Source of the DNA: Candidatus Methanomethylicia archaeon
GTDB taxonomy: Archaea; Thermoproteota; Methanomethylicia; CALHIW01
DNA length: 64,000 bases
Assembly: GCA_038845975.1 (NCBI GenBank)
Contig: JAWBQF010000013.1
Coordinates: 1 to 64,000 of the forward strand
Direction of reading: 5' to 3'
The notes below the pieces were generated by a model that saw nothing but the letters and a program-made list of their open reading frames with translations, was not told the origin of the DNA and did not search any database. Shown here one piece after another: positions 21,288 through 32,248 of this stretch (the stretch's first letter is position 1; every line of letters starts with the position of its first letter). The position numbers and the translations under genes are program-made.

Positions 21288-22517
21288 TTAAGAGTAAAAT
21301 CTTTGATTGTTTTTCTGAATAGTTATTCTACCTGGTGTTTCAGACATTTTGAATGGTGAGTTTGGAATAATTATATCTTTATTATCTATGCTTGTTTTTA
21401 AAAGTGAGTTTCTAATATACCAGTGTTTTTCATTAATAACTTCCTTAAGTGTATAGGCTTTTACTATGATTGGTCCTCCTATTAATCTTCTAAGTCTTGC
21501 CGGCCCCTTTCTTAGTGATTCACTTCTCCTAGTAAGTTCTTCAATAGAGTATTTTGCTATTTCTTTACATATTTCTTTATGTAGTTCAGCAAGTCGATCT
21601 ATATCATCAGATAATCTATCAATACCGTATTTCCAATCAGGCTCTAAATCCCACCTCTTAATGATTTTAAGTAATCCTCTAAAATCTGTATCGAATGGTG
21701 TAGCTATGCTAACGTATCCGTTTTTCGCTTTAAAAATAGAGAATGGATATACTATGTAGTCTAAGAAGCCATATGCAGGTCTTGATTTCCCAAATAGGAA
21801 GCCTACTAGAACTGGAAACTTATGTGTTATAGCTAATGCATCATGAGTAGCAACATCTATAAATTGCCCCTTTCCACTTCTTAACCTCTCATATAAAGCT
21901 AAAAGTACTCCTATTACTGCATTTATAGCTGCCATCATCCATGCAGCCCATATACCTGCACGTAATGGTATTGGTTTTATACGTGGATCTCCTATGATTG
22001 ATGGATATCCATTATAGGCTTGCGCAGTTAAATCAGAATCCGGAACATTAAAGAATTCTTCAGCTTTTCTTGTAAAATGTCCATAGGGTGATATTGCTAC
22101 ATATATAATTCTTGGGTTCTCATTTGAAATGTATTGATACCCTAGTTTAATAGAATCCAAATATCCGGGTTTAACAGCATCAACTACAACATCACACGAT
22201 AATAAAAGCTTTTTCAACTTTTCCCTCTCCTCCTCCAGTTCTAAATCTAAATAAATTATCTTTTTACCTATGTTCTCAATGAAGTAAGGTATTCCAATAC
22301 CTCCTATGTTAACGCCATAGGGTGAAATGTTTTTAGCAGGATCCCCATTTGGCGGCTCAATCTTTAAAACTTCAGCGCCTAGCTCCTTAAGCAATGCACC
22401 AACCATTGATCCAGAAAGATTAGATTTAGAGATTTCTACTACTTTAATTCCCTCCAGTACTGATGGTTTACCTTCAAGACTGAACAGTTTTGCTAAGAGT
22501 TCATCTCTCTTGCTCAT
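21288..22517 (-). CDS. Class III (CaiB/BaiF) CoA-transferase subunit, apparently lacking the catalytic Asp
   Basis: LEGIKVVE, LGAEVLKIEPP, GKGQFIDVA. Trp appears where the active-site Asp normally lies (GIWAAWMMA). Confidence 0.85.
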   Translation of the reverse strand: MSKRDELLAKLFSLEGKPSVLEGIKVVEISKSNLSGSMVGALLKELGAEVLKIEPPNGDPAKNISPYGVNIGGIGIPYFIENIGKKIIYLDLELEEEREKLKKLLLSCDVVVDAVKPGYLDSIKLGYQYISNENPRIIYVAISPYGHFTRKAEEFFNVPDSDLTAQAYNGYPSIIGDPRIKPIPLRAGIWAAWMMAAINAVIGVLLALYERLRSGKGQFIDVATHDALAITHKFPVLVGFLFGKSRPAYGFLDYIVYPFSIFKAKNGYVSIATPFDTDFRGLLKIIKRWDLEPDWKYGIDRLSDDIDRLAELHKEICKEIAKYSIEELTRRSESLRKGPARLRRLIGGPIIVKAYTLKEVINEKHWYIRNSLLKTSIDNKDIIIPNSPFKMSETPGRITIQKNNQRFYS

Positions 22518-23838
22518 CTTCTTCACCTTTAAATACAGAGTCATCTTCAGGATTCCAAGTAGCTGGTGGGCATGGACCTGGAACCTGATCCCAATAGCCT
22601 ATAACTCCTTCTTTTTCAAGTATTCTTATTTCCTCATCTGTATATCCAAGCCACTTCTTAAGGATTAACCTATTATGATAGCCAACAGGTCTTGCAAGCC
22701 ATTTTATTTTAGCTGGCGTTGCAGATAAATGTACTGCAGAACCAGGTATATGTATTTTACCGTATATTCTATCGTTAAATTCAAGTATGCTTCCCCTCTC
22801 CCATCTCCATGGATCCTTATATATCTCAACGTCTGTAAGAACTGGTGAAGCTGGAAAACCGTATGTTTTAGCATAATTTAGAATTTCATCTAAAGTTTTT
22901 GAAGAAACCCATTGAAATATTAAATCATTTAACTCATTTATACATTCCTTACTTCTAAGTTTACCTTTATATGGATTAGTTAACTCGGTATTCATTGCCT
23001 TTGAAATAGCGGATAGCTGTTCCTCATCCATAATTGCAATAGCTACAAATCTTCCATCACTAGTATTAAATATTCCGGAAGCTATTGCCGTAGGATCTAT
23101 ATTCCCGGTTTTACCTATCTCCTCTCCAGTAATGCTTAGATATGTAATATCGTAGAAGAATCTAAGAAGGGATTCTGCCTGGGATATATCTATATACTGT
23201 CCCTTCCCAGTTTTTTCCCTATAATATAGTGCTGCTAGTATTGCTGCAACTGCAATCATAGCTGGAAAATAATCTCCAAAGTAGTCAGGTAACTTATAAA
23301 ATTCATCCACATCCGGCCATCCATTCTTCATAGTTAACCCTATAATTCCCTGAGCAGATACATCAAAACTAGGTGCCCTACTTAAGGGACCATATTGACC
23401 GTATCCACTACAACTTACATAAATTATCCTTGGATTCACCTTACTAATATGTAGATATCCAATACCCATTTGATCAGTAAGTCCTGCTCTTAAATTCTCT
23501 ATGAATACATCTGCCTTCTCAACAAGCTTGAAAAGTATTTCACGTGCCTTAATATTTCTTGTATCAAGAGTTATAAAGTACTTGTTTGAGTTTAGCGTTA
23601 GGAAGTTAGGTTCAGCTTTTTTAAACATTCTCATCCATATTGCCCTATATCTACGTCTATCTCCTTCTCCCGGAGGCTCTATTTTAATAACCTCAGCACC
23701 AAACTGAGCTAAAACCATACCTACACATGGCCCATAAATATAGTGTGTTATCTCAATAACTTTAATACCCTTAAGTGGAAGGCTACGTTTCTCCCCGCTC
23801 TTAAAAAGCTTTTCCACGTACTCAAAGTAATTACTCAT
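22501..23838 (-). CDS. Class III (CaiB/BaiF) CoA-transferase subunit
   Basis: PLKGIKVIE, FGAEVIKIEPPGEGD, SGYGQYGP, FGD (active Asp), GKGQYIDIS. Confidence 0.9.
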   Translation of the reverse strand: MSNYFEYVEKLFKSGEKRSLPLKGIKVIEITHYIYGPCVGMVLAQFGAEVIKIEPPGEGDRRRYRAIWMRMFKKAEPNFLTLNSNKYFITLDTRNIKAREILFKLVEKADVFIENLRAGLTDQMGIGYLHISKVNPRIIYVSCSGYGQYGPLSRAPSFDVSAQGIIGLTMKNGWPDVDEFYKLPDYFGDYFPAMIAVAAILAALYYREKTGKGQYIDISQAESLLRFFYDITYLSITGEEIGKTGNIDPTAIASGIFNTSDGRFVAIAIMDEEQLSAISKAMNTELTNPYKGKLRSKECINELNDLIFQWVSSKTLDEILNYAKTYGFPASPVLTDVEIYKDPWRWERGSILEFNDRIYGKIHIPGSAVHLSATPAKIKWLARPVGYHNRLILKKWLGYTDEEIRILEKEGVIGYWDQVPGPCPPATWNPEDDSVFKGEEDEQER

Positions 23839-24545
23839 ATTCCTAAATACACCTCCCTAATTCTTTTATCTCTTCTTAAATCATCATAGGTCCCCTCCAT
23901 AACGACTCTACCGTTCTCGATTATATAGACTCTATCACTTATATCTAGAACTCTATGTGCATTTTGATCAGCAATTAGTATAGTGATGTTATGTTCATCT
24001 CTTAGAGACCTTATAACCTTGTATAAATCCATAACTATTCTAGGAGCTAAACCTAAGCTCGGTTCATCAATTAACAGTAAGCTCGGTCTTGACATAAGAG
24101 CACGTGCTATTGTAAGCATTTGTTGCTCACCACCACTTAAAGTTCCAGCTAATTGTCTTCTTCTCTCCTTTAATCGTGGAAACAATGTGTAAACAAATTG
24201 AAGAGTATCATATCTTCTTCTCCAATATACTCCATGTATTGATCCTAGAAGTAGATTCTCCTCTACTGTTAGAAATGGGAAGATCCGTCTCCCTTCTGGA
24301 ACTATAAATAATCCCTTTTTAATCACTTCATGAGGAGCTTTACCATCTATTCTCTCACTATTAAACAGTATTTTACCGCTTTTCGGCTTAAGAATACCTA
24401 TTATTGTATTTAGCGTTGTTGTTTTGCCTGATCCGTTTGGACCTATGAGGCCGACAATTTCATTTCTACTAATCCATAAGGAAACATTCCATAACGCCTT
24501 AATTTTACCATACCAAACCTCAATATCCTCAACTGTTAGCATCAT
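23835..24545 (-). CDS. livF: Branched-chain-type ABC transporter ATPase (LivF-like)
   Basis: Walker A GPNGSGKT, VPEGRRIF, LSGGEQQM, DEPSLGLAP. Confidence 0.9.
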   Translation of the reverse strand: MMLTVEDIEVWYGKIKALWNVSLWISRNEIVGLIGPNGSGKTTTLNTIIGILKPKSGKILFNSERIDGKAPHEVIKKGLFIVPEGRRIFPFLTVEENLLLGSIHGVYWRRRYDTLQFVYTLFPRLKERRRQLAGTLSGGEQQMLTIARALMSRPSLLLIDEPSLGLAPRIVMDLYKVIRSLRDEHNITILIADQNAHRVLDISDRVYIIENGRVVMEGTYDDLRRDKRIREVYLGI

Positions 24546-25282
24546 ATTTTTATCATCTCTTCACCTATATATGCCTTAATAACCTCAATATTTCTTACTA
24601 TTTCATATGGTACACCATCAGCGATAACTTCTCCCTCACTCATCACTACAACTCTCTCAACAGATTTCATAATAATCCTTAAAACATGTTCAACCCATAC
24701 AATAGTTAAATTAAATTCCTCCCTTAATCTCTCTATTAGTTTTGCAACATTGTCTGCTTCTGTTGGATTAAGACCTGCCATAGCTTCATCGACCATGATG
24801 AACTTCGGATTTAATGCAAGAGCTCTAGCAAGCTCTAATAAACGTAGCTCATATATTGGTAAATCTCTACAGAGAATATCCCTCTTCCTTAGTAGGTTAA
24901 CTATATCTAAATAATATAAGGCTTCTTCACCAGCTTCTGCTAAAGTCATTTTCCTCTCTTTAAACCTTTTACTTCCAATAACAGCATATACTACGTTCTG
25001 TAACACGGTCATATTACCTATTACTTTAGGAATCTGAAATGTACGGGCTATGCCTAACTTTACTCTTTCATCTGCCCGTTTCCCAGTTATATCAATACCC
25101 TCAAAAATTACTCTTCCACTATCCGGCTTATAAAATCCTGATATTAAGTTTACTAATGTTGTTTTGCCTGATCCGTTTGGACCTATGAGGCCGACAATTT
25201 CATTTCTACTAATCCGTAAAGAAACATTATTTACAGCAGTAATACCTCCAAACCTCTTAGTCAAACTATCAACTTGGAGCAT
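24542..25282 (-). CDS. livG: Branched-chain-type ABC transporter ATPase (LivG-like)
   Basis: FGGITAV, GIARTFQ, DEAMAGLN, VEH. Confidence 0.9.
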   Translation of the reverse strand: MLQVDSLTKRFGGITAVNNVSLRISRNEIVGLIGPNGSGKTTLVNLISGFYKPDSGRVIFEGIDITGKRADERVKLGIARTFQIPKVIGNMTVLQNVVYAVIGSKRFKERKMTLAEAGEEALYYLDIVNLLRKRDILCRDLPIYELRLLELARALALNPKFIMVDEAMAGLNPTEADNVAKLIERLREEFNLTIVWVEHVLRIIMKSVERVVVMSEGEVIADGVPYEIVRNIEVIKAYIGEEMIKI

Positions 25283-25292
25283 ACAATATTAC

Positions 25293-26369
25293 CTATAGCT
25301 TCCTCCTTATGCGGACACTAGGCATATATTCTCTATATCTCCTTCTCCTATACAATCCCCATAATCCTTCAGGTAGTAAGTAGAGTAATACAAGTAGAAT
25401 AATGTATAATACTAGTAATGCAGTTTCTCTAAGATAGCTTCTTAGAACTTCTCTAAGTAATACTATAAAGTATGCACCTATAACTGTACCATATATTGCA
25501 CCCTTACCTCCAAGAACACTACTTAGCAGTATAAATATTAGCATCCAAGGTTCAAGCCATACCGTTCCCGTAAAGGAGCCGTAGTAATGAGTTATAAACC
25601 ATCCAGAGATGCCCATGACACCAGAGGTAATAGTAAATACAATCATCTTAATTCTTCCTATATTCAACCCGAATGAGATGGCAACATCTTCATCTTCATT
25701 AATAACACCAAGTATGAAGCCCCATCTAGATCTGAGAATCTTATCAATTACTAGTAGAATTATAGCTACTATTATGAATGATGTGTAGAAATATATGTAT
25801 AGGTCATATATAACGCTACCTGTAGATATTAATCTAGCAATTCCCGGTATGCCTGTTTCAGCACCAAATATATCACTACGCCAGTAAGTGAATTCATGCA
25901 GTATTGATGGTAATATTAATGTAATCAATGTGAAGTATATACCTCTAGCTATTACGGTTAATGGACTTAATACAAGTCCTATTAATGCAGTAATAGTGAA
26001 GGAAGATAGGAAGGTTATAATTGGATCTACACCATAGCTTTTATTTAGGAGGGCTGCTACATAGCCACCAGTAACAACAAAGAAGTGCGGTCCAAAGTTA
26101 ACCCTACCAGTTCCTATAGTTTGGAAAGAATGAGCAAGCGCACTAATAGCTATTACATTAGCTAGAATTAATGTTGATAGTAAAGCCATAGGACCAATAC
26201 CTATAACTCCACTTGGTGTAAATGGTATTAGAAGTGGAATACAAATCCATAGAAAAGTAGCTATCATCGGGTTCCTCCAATATCTAGGTTCAACAACCCA
26301 TTCAAACCTCCATCTATTTAGAAAATGAATTATAATTCTTCCCCTTCTTTCCTCAAACCTCATTACCAT
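25293..26369 (-). CDS. livM: Branched-chain-type ABC permease (LivM-like)
   Basis: GIYFTLIT, EDEDVA, VLGG, LPEGL; multi-TM; operon context. Confidence 0.85.
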   Translation of the reverse strand: MVMRFEERRGRIIIHFLNRWRFEWVVEPRYWRNPMIATFLWICIPLLIPFTPSGVIGIGPMALLSTLILANVIAISALAHSFQTIGTGRVNFGPHFFVVTGGYVAALLNKSYGVDPIITFLSSFTITALIGLVLSPLTVIARGIYFTLITLILPSILHEFTYWRSDIFGAETGIPGIARLISTGSVIYDLYIYFYTSFIIVAIILLVIDKILRSRWGFILGVINEDEDVAISFGLNIGRIKMIVFTITSGVMGISGWFITHYYGSFTGTVWLEPWMLIFILLSSVLGGKGAIYGTVIGAYFIVLLREVLRSYLRETALLVLYIILLVLLYLLPEGLWGLYRRRRYREYMPSVRIRRKL

Positions 26370-27235
26370 ATGGTTTCAGCCCTTGCTAAACCTTTAGGTT
26401 TAAATACTAGGATAAGGACAACAGCTATTAAGGATGCTAAATTCATTAGGCGTGGATCGATTAGGAAGCCTATGAAGGCATGAATGGAACCTACTATGTA
26501 TGCAGCTATGATTGTCCCCTTTAGATTACCTAAACCGCCAAGTACTGAAACCATTAATCCAAACATAAACAAAGTCCACCCTATAAATGGGTTTAAAGCC
26601 CATACTGGGGATATAAGCAAGATTATTATACCTGGAGGAATGGATCCGGCAATCATAGCAATTATAAACATTACATCGAAATTAATGCCTAACATTTTTG
26701 ATGCGAAGTAGTCTTGACTTATAGCCCTCATAATAAGGCCTATTTTTGTCTTAACAAAGAAAATCACATAGAAAAAAACCATGATAGTAGATATTAAAGC
26801 AGTAATTAGTAGCTGTCCTGAAACTGCTGCAAATCCAATATTAACTGTTCCAGGTAATATAAGAGTCGGTAAGTAGACTCCCTTCCATTCAGGATAGATG
26901 AGATTAATAGTTTCCTCAGTTGATAGAAATATGAGTAGTAGCGCTGTCAGCAAGTAGTCCTCAGCATCTATAAACTTACTTATTACAAATCTGTAGAGGA
27001 TTGGTGTTAAAATAATTATTAAAATAAACGATAATACTATTGATAATATAAATGTTAATCCTAAATCCCTCCAAAACAGCCAAGTACCATAAGCTACAAT
27101 TAGGAATAATACTGGATAAGCTAGGTGGAAAACTCTTAGAATTCCTGTTATAATTGAAAAACCTAATGCAATACCTAAATATAGAGAACCAAAAATAAAA
27201 GTGTAAATAATGGTTAAATATATAAGTTCAATCAT
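26363..27235 (-). CDS. livH: Branched-chain-type ABC permease (LivH-like)
   Basis: GFSIITGILRVFHLA, GLIMRAISQD, VLGGLG, KPKGL. Confidence 0.87.
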   Translation of the reverse strand: MIELIYLTIIYTFIFGSLYLGIALGFSIITGILRVFHLAYPVLFLIVAYGTWLFWRDLGLTFILSIVLSFILIIILTPILYRFVISKFIDAEDYLLTALLLIFLSTEETINLIYPEWKGVYLPTLILPGTVNIGFAAVSGQLLITALISTIMVFFYVIFFVKTKIGLIMRAISQDYFASKMLGINFDVMFIIAMIAGSIPPGIIILLISPVWALNPFIGWTLFMFGLMVSVLGGLGNLKGTIIAAYIVGSIHAFIGFLIDPRLMNLASLIAVVLILVFKPKGLARAETIW

Positions 27236-27239
27236 TGCT

Positions 27240-28625
27240 TTAACCAGCCTGCTTTCTTAATTCAGCAGGTGGCTTTGCAAGCTCTGGATGGCAATACTTT
27301 CCAAGAAGATCTTTCGGATAGCGTTCAAGTAGGATTGGATCATTCGGATCTGAAATATTTACTACTTTATCCTTTCCTTGGAACTGGAAAAGGAAACCTA
27401 CATAAGCAGGATACGAATGGAATATTGGGCTTTTCTCACCGAGAAATACCTTTGGAGCTAAAAGTATTGTATGCCCCTTAAACTCTACTTCCTCTAATGC
27501 CTTAATAACAGCATCTATATTATCAGGATCACCAGCTTTCTCAATAGCAGCCTTAATATGGTAGATTAGAGAATAGTAATAGTGTGCGCTCATATCAACT
27601 CTTAAACCTTTTTCATGCATCTTTTTTATGAATGATTGTGTATATGGTGAGACTGGTGGGAAATCTTCAATATCATATACGCCTGATATTACTCCAAGTG
27701 CAGCACCGCCAGTTAAATCCCAGAATGTAGTCCAGTGGTTTGGACCACCATACAATGCTAAGTATGCATCTCCTGCAGCAGATGTAGCCCACTGCTTAGT
27801 TAATGTAACACAATCAGTGTACCAGCTTGTCATAGCGAAAATGTATTGAGCACCTCTAGCAGCTATAGTTTCTAGTATTGGAACAAAATTTTTCTCACCA
27901 ACAGCGATCTTAGCCTCATAAACAACTTCTAAACCAAGTTCTTTAGCAAGCTCCCTTAATGGTTTTTGCTTAACATCACCAAGCTTAGTTGTTGCTTGAA
28001 ATCCCTCTCTTGCACCATATGTCCATGCAGCATCTTCAATAAGTATTGCTATTTTACTAACTTTAAGAACATCTCTAGCATGTAAGAAGTAATCGTAGGG
28101 CCGACGTACATTAGCATCATAATCTACATCAAACATTCTGAACGCAAATTTATACTTATCATACTCATTAATAATTTTAAGGCTAACTTCAGAAGCCATG
28201 CCGACATACATGAGGATATGTGGATACTGAGAATATAGCTTCGTCCCTTCTTCCATTAATGCTAGCATTTCCTCACTAACACCCTCAAGAACCACGTATT
28301 TCGCTCCCTCCTCAATAAGAGCTTTCCTATATGCTGTAATAGCTACATCAACCTTCCTCATGGTGTTAAGCCACACATACTCAACTCTCCTACCTAGTAT
28401 ACCGCCAGTCTTATTAATATCTTCAATTGCAAGTATTGAAGCTTCACCTTGACCCTTAAGTACTGGAAGTGTAAAATCAGTCAATATAGCTATTTTTACA
28501 GGTTTAGCTACTGTAGGCTTTGGTACTGTATAAATATAACCTAGATAGCCGGCAGCAATAATGATAATAGCAACAACAATCAGTATCAAACCTTTCCTAG
28601 ATACAGGGTTCAAAGCAGAAATCAC
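27240..28625 (-). CDS. LivK-type periplasmic-binding-fold substrate-binding protein
   Basis: AIEDINKTGGILGRRVE motif; N-terminal anchor; heads the Liv operon. Confidence 0.85.
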   Translation of the reverse strand: MISALNPVSRKGLILIVVAIIIIAAGYLGYIYTVPKPTVAKPVKIAILTDFTLPVLKGQGEASILAIEDINKTGGILGRRVEYVWLNTMRKVDVAITAYRKALIEEGAKYVVLEGVSEEMLALMEEGTKLYSQYPHILMYVGMASEVSLKIINEYDKYKFAFRMFDVDYDANVRRPYDYFLHARDVLKVSKIAILIEDAAWTYGAREGFQATTKLGDVKQKPLRELAKELGLEVVYEAKIAVGEKNFVPILETIAARGAQYIFAMTSWYTDCVTLTKQWATSAAGDAYLALYGGPNHWTTFWDLTGGAALGVISGVYDIEDFPPVSPYTQSFIKKMHEKGLRVDMSAHYYYSLIYHIKAAIEKAGDPDNIDAVIKALEEVEFKGHTILLAPKVFLGEKSPIFHSYPAYVGFLFQFQGKDKVVNISDPNDPILLERYPKDLLGKYCHPELAKPPAELRKQAG

Positions 28626-28904
28626 CCTTTATATTATAATTTTTATAGTATATAAAGTTTTCTTCAAAATAATATATCCTATCAACTTTGGCTTTAAACT
28701 ATTTCTTATTTTACAGATAGTAGTATCTTCTATACTATGTAAAATTATTTTTAATTTTCTGCTATTGAGTTTGCCCTTACTGATTTTCTATACATTAAAT
28801 ACTAAACTCATTGCAAAACCCTCAGGTATATCATTCACTATATACTGAAAACGGCTTGACTTTAAAATTTTAGGATTAGGAAGTCTTCACTCCTTTTTTT
28901 TAAT

Positions 28905-29712
28905 TTCTCATTCAAACTATTTAAGTTTTCTTCATTATTCTCTCTTCATGGAGTTTCGTGAGATTAGTGATGGTGAGTGCGGGTTTATTAAGTCTTTACT
29001 TCCTCCTAGAGCTAGGACTGTTAGGCCTAGGGTTGATGATAGGCGAGTATTAAATGGTATTCTATATATGCTTGTCACCGGCTGCTGATGAATTGCCTAC
29101 TAAGTATGGGCATTATTCAACAGCCTTCAGGAGGCTTAAGAAGTGGATGGAGCTAGGTGTTTGGAGGCAAATGCTTAACTTCTTAATATCTAAAGGTTAT
29201 TTCACGGTAAGCCTAGATAAAGTCGCTGTTGACAGCAATTAAGGCTAGGAAGGGGGCTTGTAGGCTAGATGGATATAAGCATATTAAGGGTGCAAAGATT
29301 CATGCTTTTGTATCGCCTGAATCCCTACCCTTAAACGTTCAAGTAGGGCCAGGTAATGAGCATGATTCCAAATCTTCGTAAAGCTCCTTGAGGGTATAAG
29401 GATTAAGCATGGCTTGGGCAGACCTAAGGAGGTTATAGGCAACTTAGCATACTAAGGAGATAAGAGCATATCTTAAGAGTAGAGGAATAAAGGCGAACAT
29501 AGATGTTAACCAAGGAGTAAGCCTAAACGTGGAGGACCATATAGATTTGATAGGAAGTCATATAAGAGCATGAGGAGTGCTGTTGAAAGGTTCTTCTCAT
29601 GGATAACATCATTCAGAAAATAACCATAAGATATGAAAGGCTAGCATCAACATTCCTAGAATTCATAAAAGTAGCATGCATAATAATATACTTGAGGGTT
29701 TTGCAATGAGTT
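28905..29712 (+). mobile_element. Decayed IS5-family (IS427 group) element, copy 1
   Basis: MEFREISD...LLPP...DDRRVLNGILY, VAVDS, VERFFSW, RYE motifs with stops and frameshifts; right TIR GTTTTGCAATGAGTT. Confidence 0.85.
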
Positions 29713-29809
29713 TACTGTTAGGTATAGACATATATTGTTTACATATTTCTCTATGTATTTGTAGCTATAGTATATCATTGATGTTCTAGTTTCACAATTG
29801 TTATCTAGT

Positions 29810-29899
29810 GAATTCATCTGAAAACTCTTTAAATGTTGCTAAGACTTAATAGGTTAATATGTTAACTACTAATTAACTATGGAGTTTTCAGACAGACTC
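29810..29899. mobile_element. ~90-bp MITE copy 2
   Basis: TIRs GAATTCATCTGAAAACTC / GAGTTTTCAGACAGACTC; homologous to 12376-12458. Confidence 0.6.
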
Positions 29900-29949
29900 A
29901 GTAGTTGCCTTTAACCTATTTGTCTCAGAATAGTTTACATATTCATGTT

Positions 29950-30550
29950 CACATTCAGCTACTTAGACTCGTAACTGGAGTTGCCGAGATGTATTGTTAA
30001 GCTGCTCTCAATATACTACTATTATTTTAGTAGTTGTTCAGATTCAACATTGCTTAACGAAGCATATTTCTTATCTACTAACAAATACTTTTGGCTTATT
30101 ATAGCTTCATGATTTGTTCCTTCAGGTATCTCTACTCTTAGCTAACTAAATGCTTAGTATTGCTATTTCTCCTGTCTTTCAGCCTGCATTAACATATAAC
30201 TCATCAACCTCAATAGCTCCTTAAACTTAACCATTCCTACCCAATATGCTGCATCTTTAAGCTTTAGGGATGATTGTTAGGCTACTGTTAGTAAGCTGCC
30301 TAAACTACAGTATGAGTTATGTAAGCTTAGAAGGAACAATATGAGGTAAACCATTCTTTAAGGCTAAGCCTAAAGTATGGGGGAACAATTAGTATTACCA
30401 TTAACATCCTTCACAAGTTCTACAGAAACATCATTTAAACAATCACTATAACTCTCATAGAGGTATACATACAACAATAAAAACCATCAACTCATATAGT
30501 AACATAAGTAAATTCTCTCCACTTAAAGAAAAACATTCAGAGAGAACATT
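29950..30550 (-). mobile_element. Possible IS1595-family transposase remnant
   Basis: Minus-strand peptide GAIEVDELYVNAG at 30179-30220 matches the IS1595 first-catalytic-Asp motif. Boundaries uncertain. Confidence 0.4.
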
Positions 30551-30626
30551 AAAAGAAAACAGATACAAAATCTTATTAAGAAGCAAATTTTTTATATTGT
30601 TAACTTTATATTTAGATGGTGTTTGT

Positions 30627-31805
30627 ATGCGTGATGTATTTATAGTTGGATATTTAAGAACACCTATTTCTAGAACCTATCGTGACCAACCTGAAAGGGA
30701 TGTTTTCTATAATGTTAGACCTGATGAGCTTGCAGCTATTGTTATAAAGGAGCTCATAAATAGAGCAAAAATTGATCCCCAAGAAGTTGATGAATGTATT
30801 ATGGGTAGTGCAAGAATGGGTGGTGTTCAGTGGAGTTATGGTGGTAGATTAATATCTCTACGTGCAGGATTACCCTTTGAGACTGCTGGTATAGGTGTTG
30901 ATAGACAATGTGCTTCAGCTATGACAGCTATAAACATAGGCTTCATGGAGATAGCTCTAGGAATATCTGATACCATAATTGCAGGTGGGTATGAGCATAT
31001 GTCCAGACTACCTATAGGTGTAGGGGTTGATATAGATCCTAAACTATTTGAGGCTGAGAAGAGGTTTGACTGGTGGATTGCTTTAAACATGGGTTTAACA
31101 GCTGAGAAGCTTGCTGAGGAATCTGGAATTACAGCTAGGGAAATGGCTGAGTGGAGCTGTAGAAGCCATATGCTTGCATGGAAGGCATATAGTGAAGGAT
31201 ACTTTAAAGATGAAATAATACCCATAGAAATCACTCTTCCAGATGGATCCAAACAAGTTATCGATAGGGATTTAAGTATTAGGTCTGATACATCAGTTGA
31301 GAAGATATTAAGCCTACCACCAGCATTCAAGCCTGGCGGAGTTATAAATGCTGGAAATTCCTCACCACTAAATACTGGAGCAGCAGCAGTCCTCCTCATG
31401 TCTAGAGAGAGAATGGAGAAATATGGCTTAAAGCCTCTAGCTAAAATTAAAGGATACGCTTATGCTGGAGTAGATCCAAGCGTTATGGGTAAAGGACCTG
31501 TACCTGCAACTAGAAAGCTTCTATCAAAATATAACTTAAAAGTTAAAGATATTGACTATTGGGAAATTAATGAAGCATTCGCTGTTGTAACTCTATATGC
31601 AGTAAAGGAGTTAAAAATAGATCCAAATAAAGTGAATATTAAGGGAGGAGCAATAGCTATAGGCCACCCATTAGGAATGACTGGAGCTAGACTTATTGGA
31701 ACACTTGCTAGAATACTAAAAATACATAATGGTAATCTCGGAGTAGCAACACTCTGTGTAGGAGGGGGACAAGGAGTAGCTACTCTAATAGAGAATGTGG
31801 ATTAA
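30627..31805 (+). CDS. Acetyl-CoA C-acyltransferase (thiolase)
   Basis: DRQCASA (active Cys), NEAFA, GHPLG, LCVGGGQG. Confidence 0.95.
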   Translation: MRDVFIVGYLRTPISRTYRDQPERDVFYNVRPDELAAIVIKELINRAKIDPQEVDECIMGSARMGGVQWSYGGRLISLRAGLPFETAGIGVDRQCASAMTAINIGFMEIALGISDTIIAGGYEHMSRLPIGVGVDIDPKLFEAEKRFDWWIALNMGLTAEKLAEESGITAREMAEWSCRSHMLAWKAYSEGYFKDEIIPIEITLPDGSKQVIDRDLSIRSDTSVEKILSLPPAFKPGGVINAGNSSPLNTGAAAVLLMSRERMEKYGLKPLAKIKGYAYAGVDPSVMGKGPVPATRKLLSKYNLKVKDIDYWEINEAFAVVTLYAVKELKIDPNKVNIKGGAIAIGHPLGMTGARLIGTLARILKIHNGNLGVATLCVGGGQGVATLIENVD

Positions 31806-32248
31806 GCCATAAACATTACATAGTGTTTAAGACATTAAAATAGCATATTTAACCTGAAGCAATAAGTCATGGAATGAATAGCTTAGCCATTACTATAACA
31901 TATTTGGTGATGAGAGCTAATCATTCTTAAGTCTATATTCCTGCTTAAGATTTAGATTCTTCTACACAGACTTATGAGAAAACTTTACTACTCAAAACTA
32001 TTACATTAATGCTATACGAGGAATCGAGATAAGTATGTTAAAGCATGAATTTAGGTATAATAATAGCATGTATCTATGCTTATGAAACTCTCTTCTACAG
32101 CATCCGTTTCGTTAAATTTATTCTTCTAGAGAAGTCATAATTACCTATAATTTAGGTAAAACACCCTACTTAAACTTTTAAAGTTGACGAGGCATTTCGA
32201 ACTTTAGTTAAGTTTATATGTTTCAGTATTTCTCTAGTTTGGATATTT

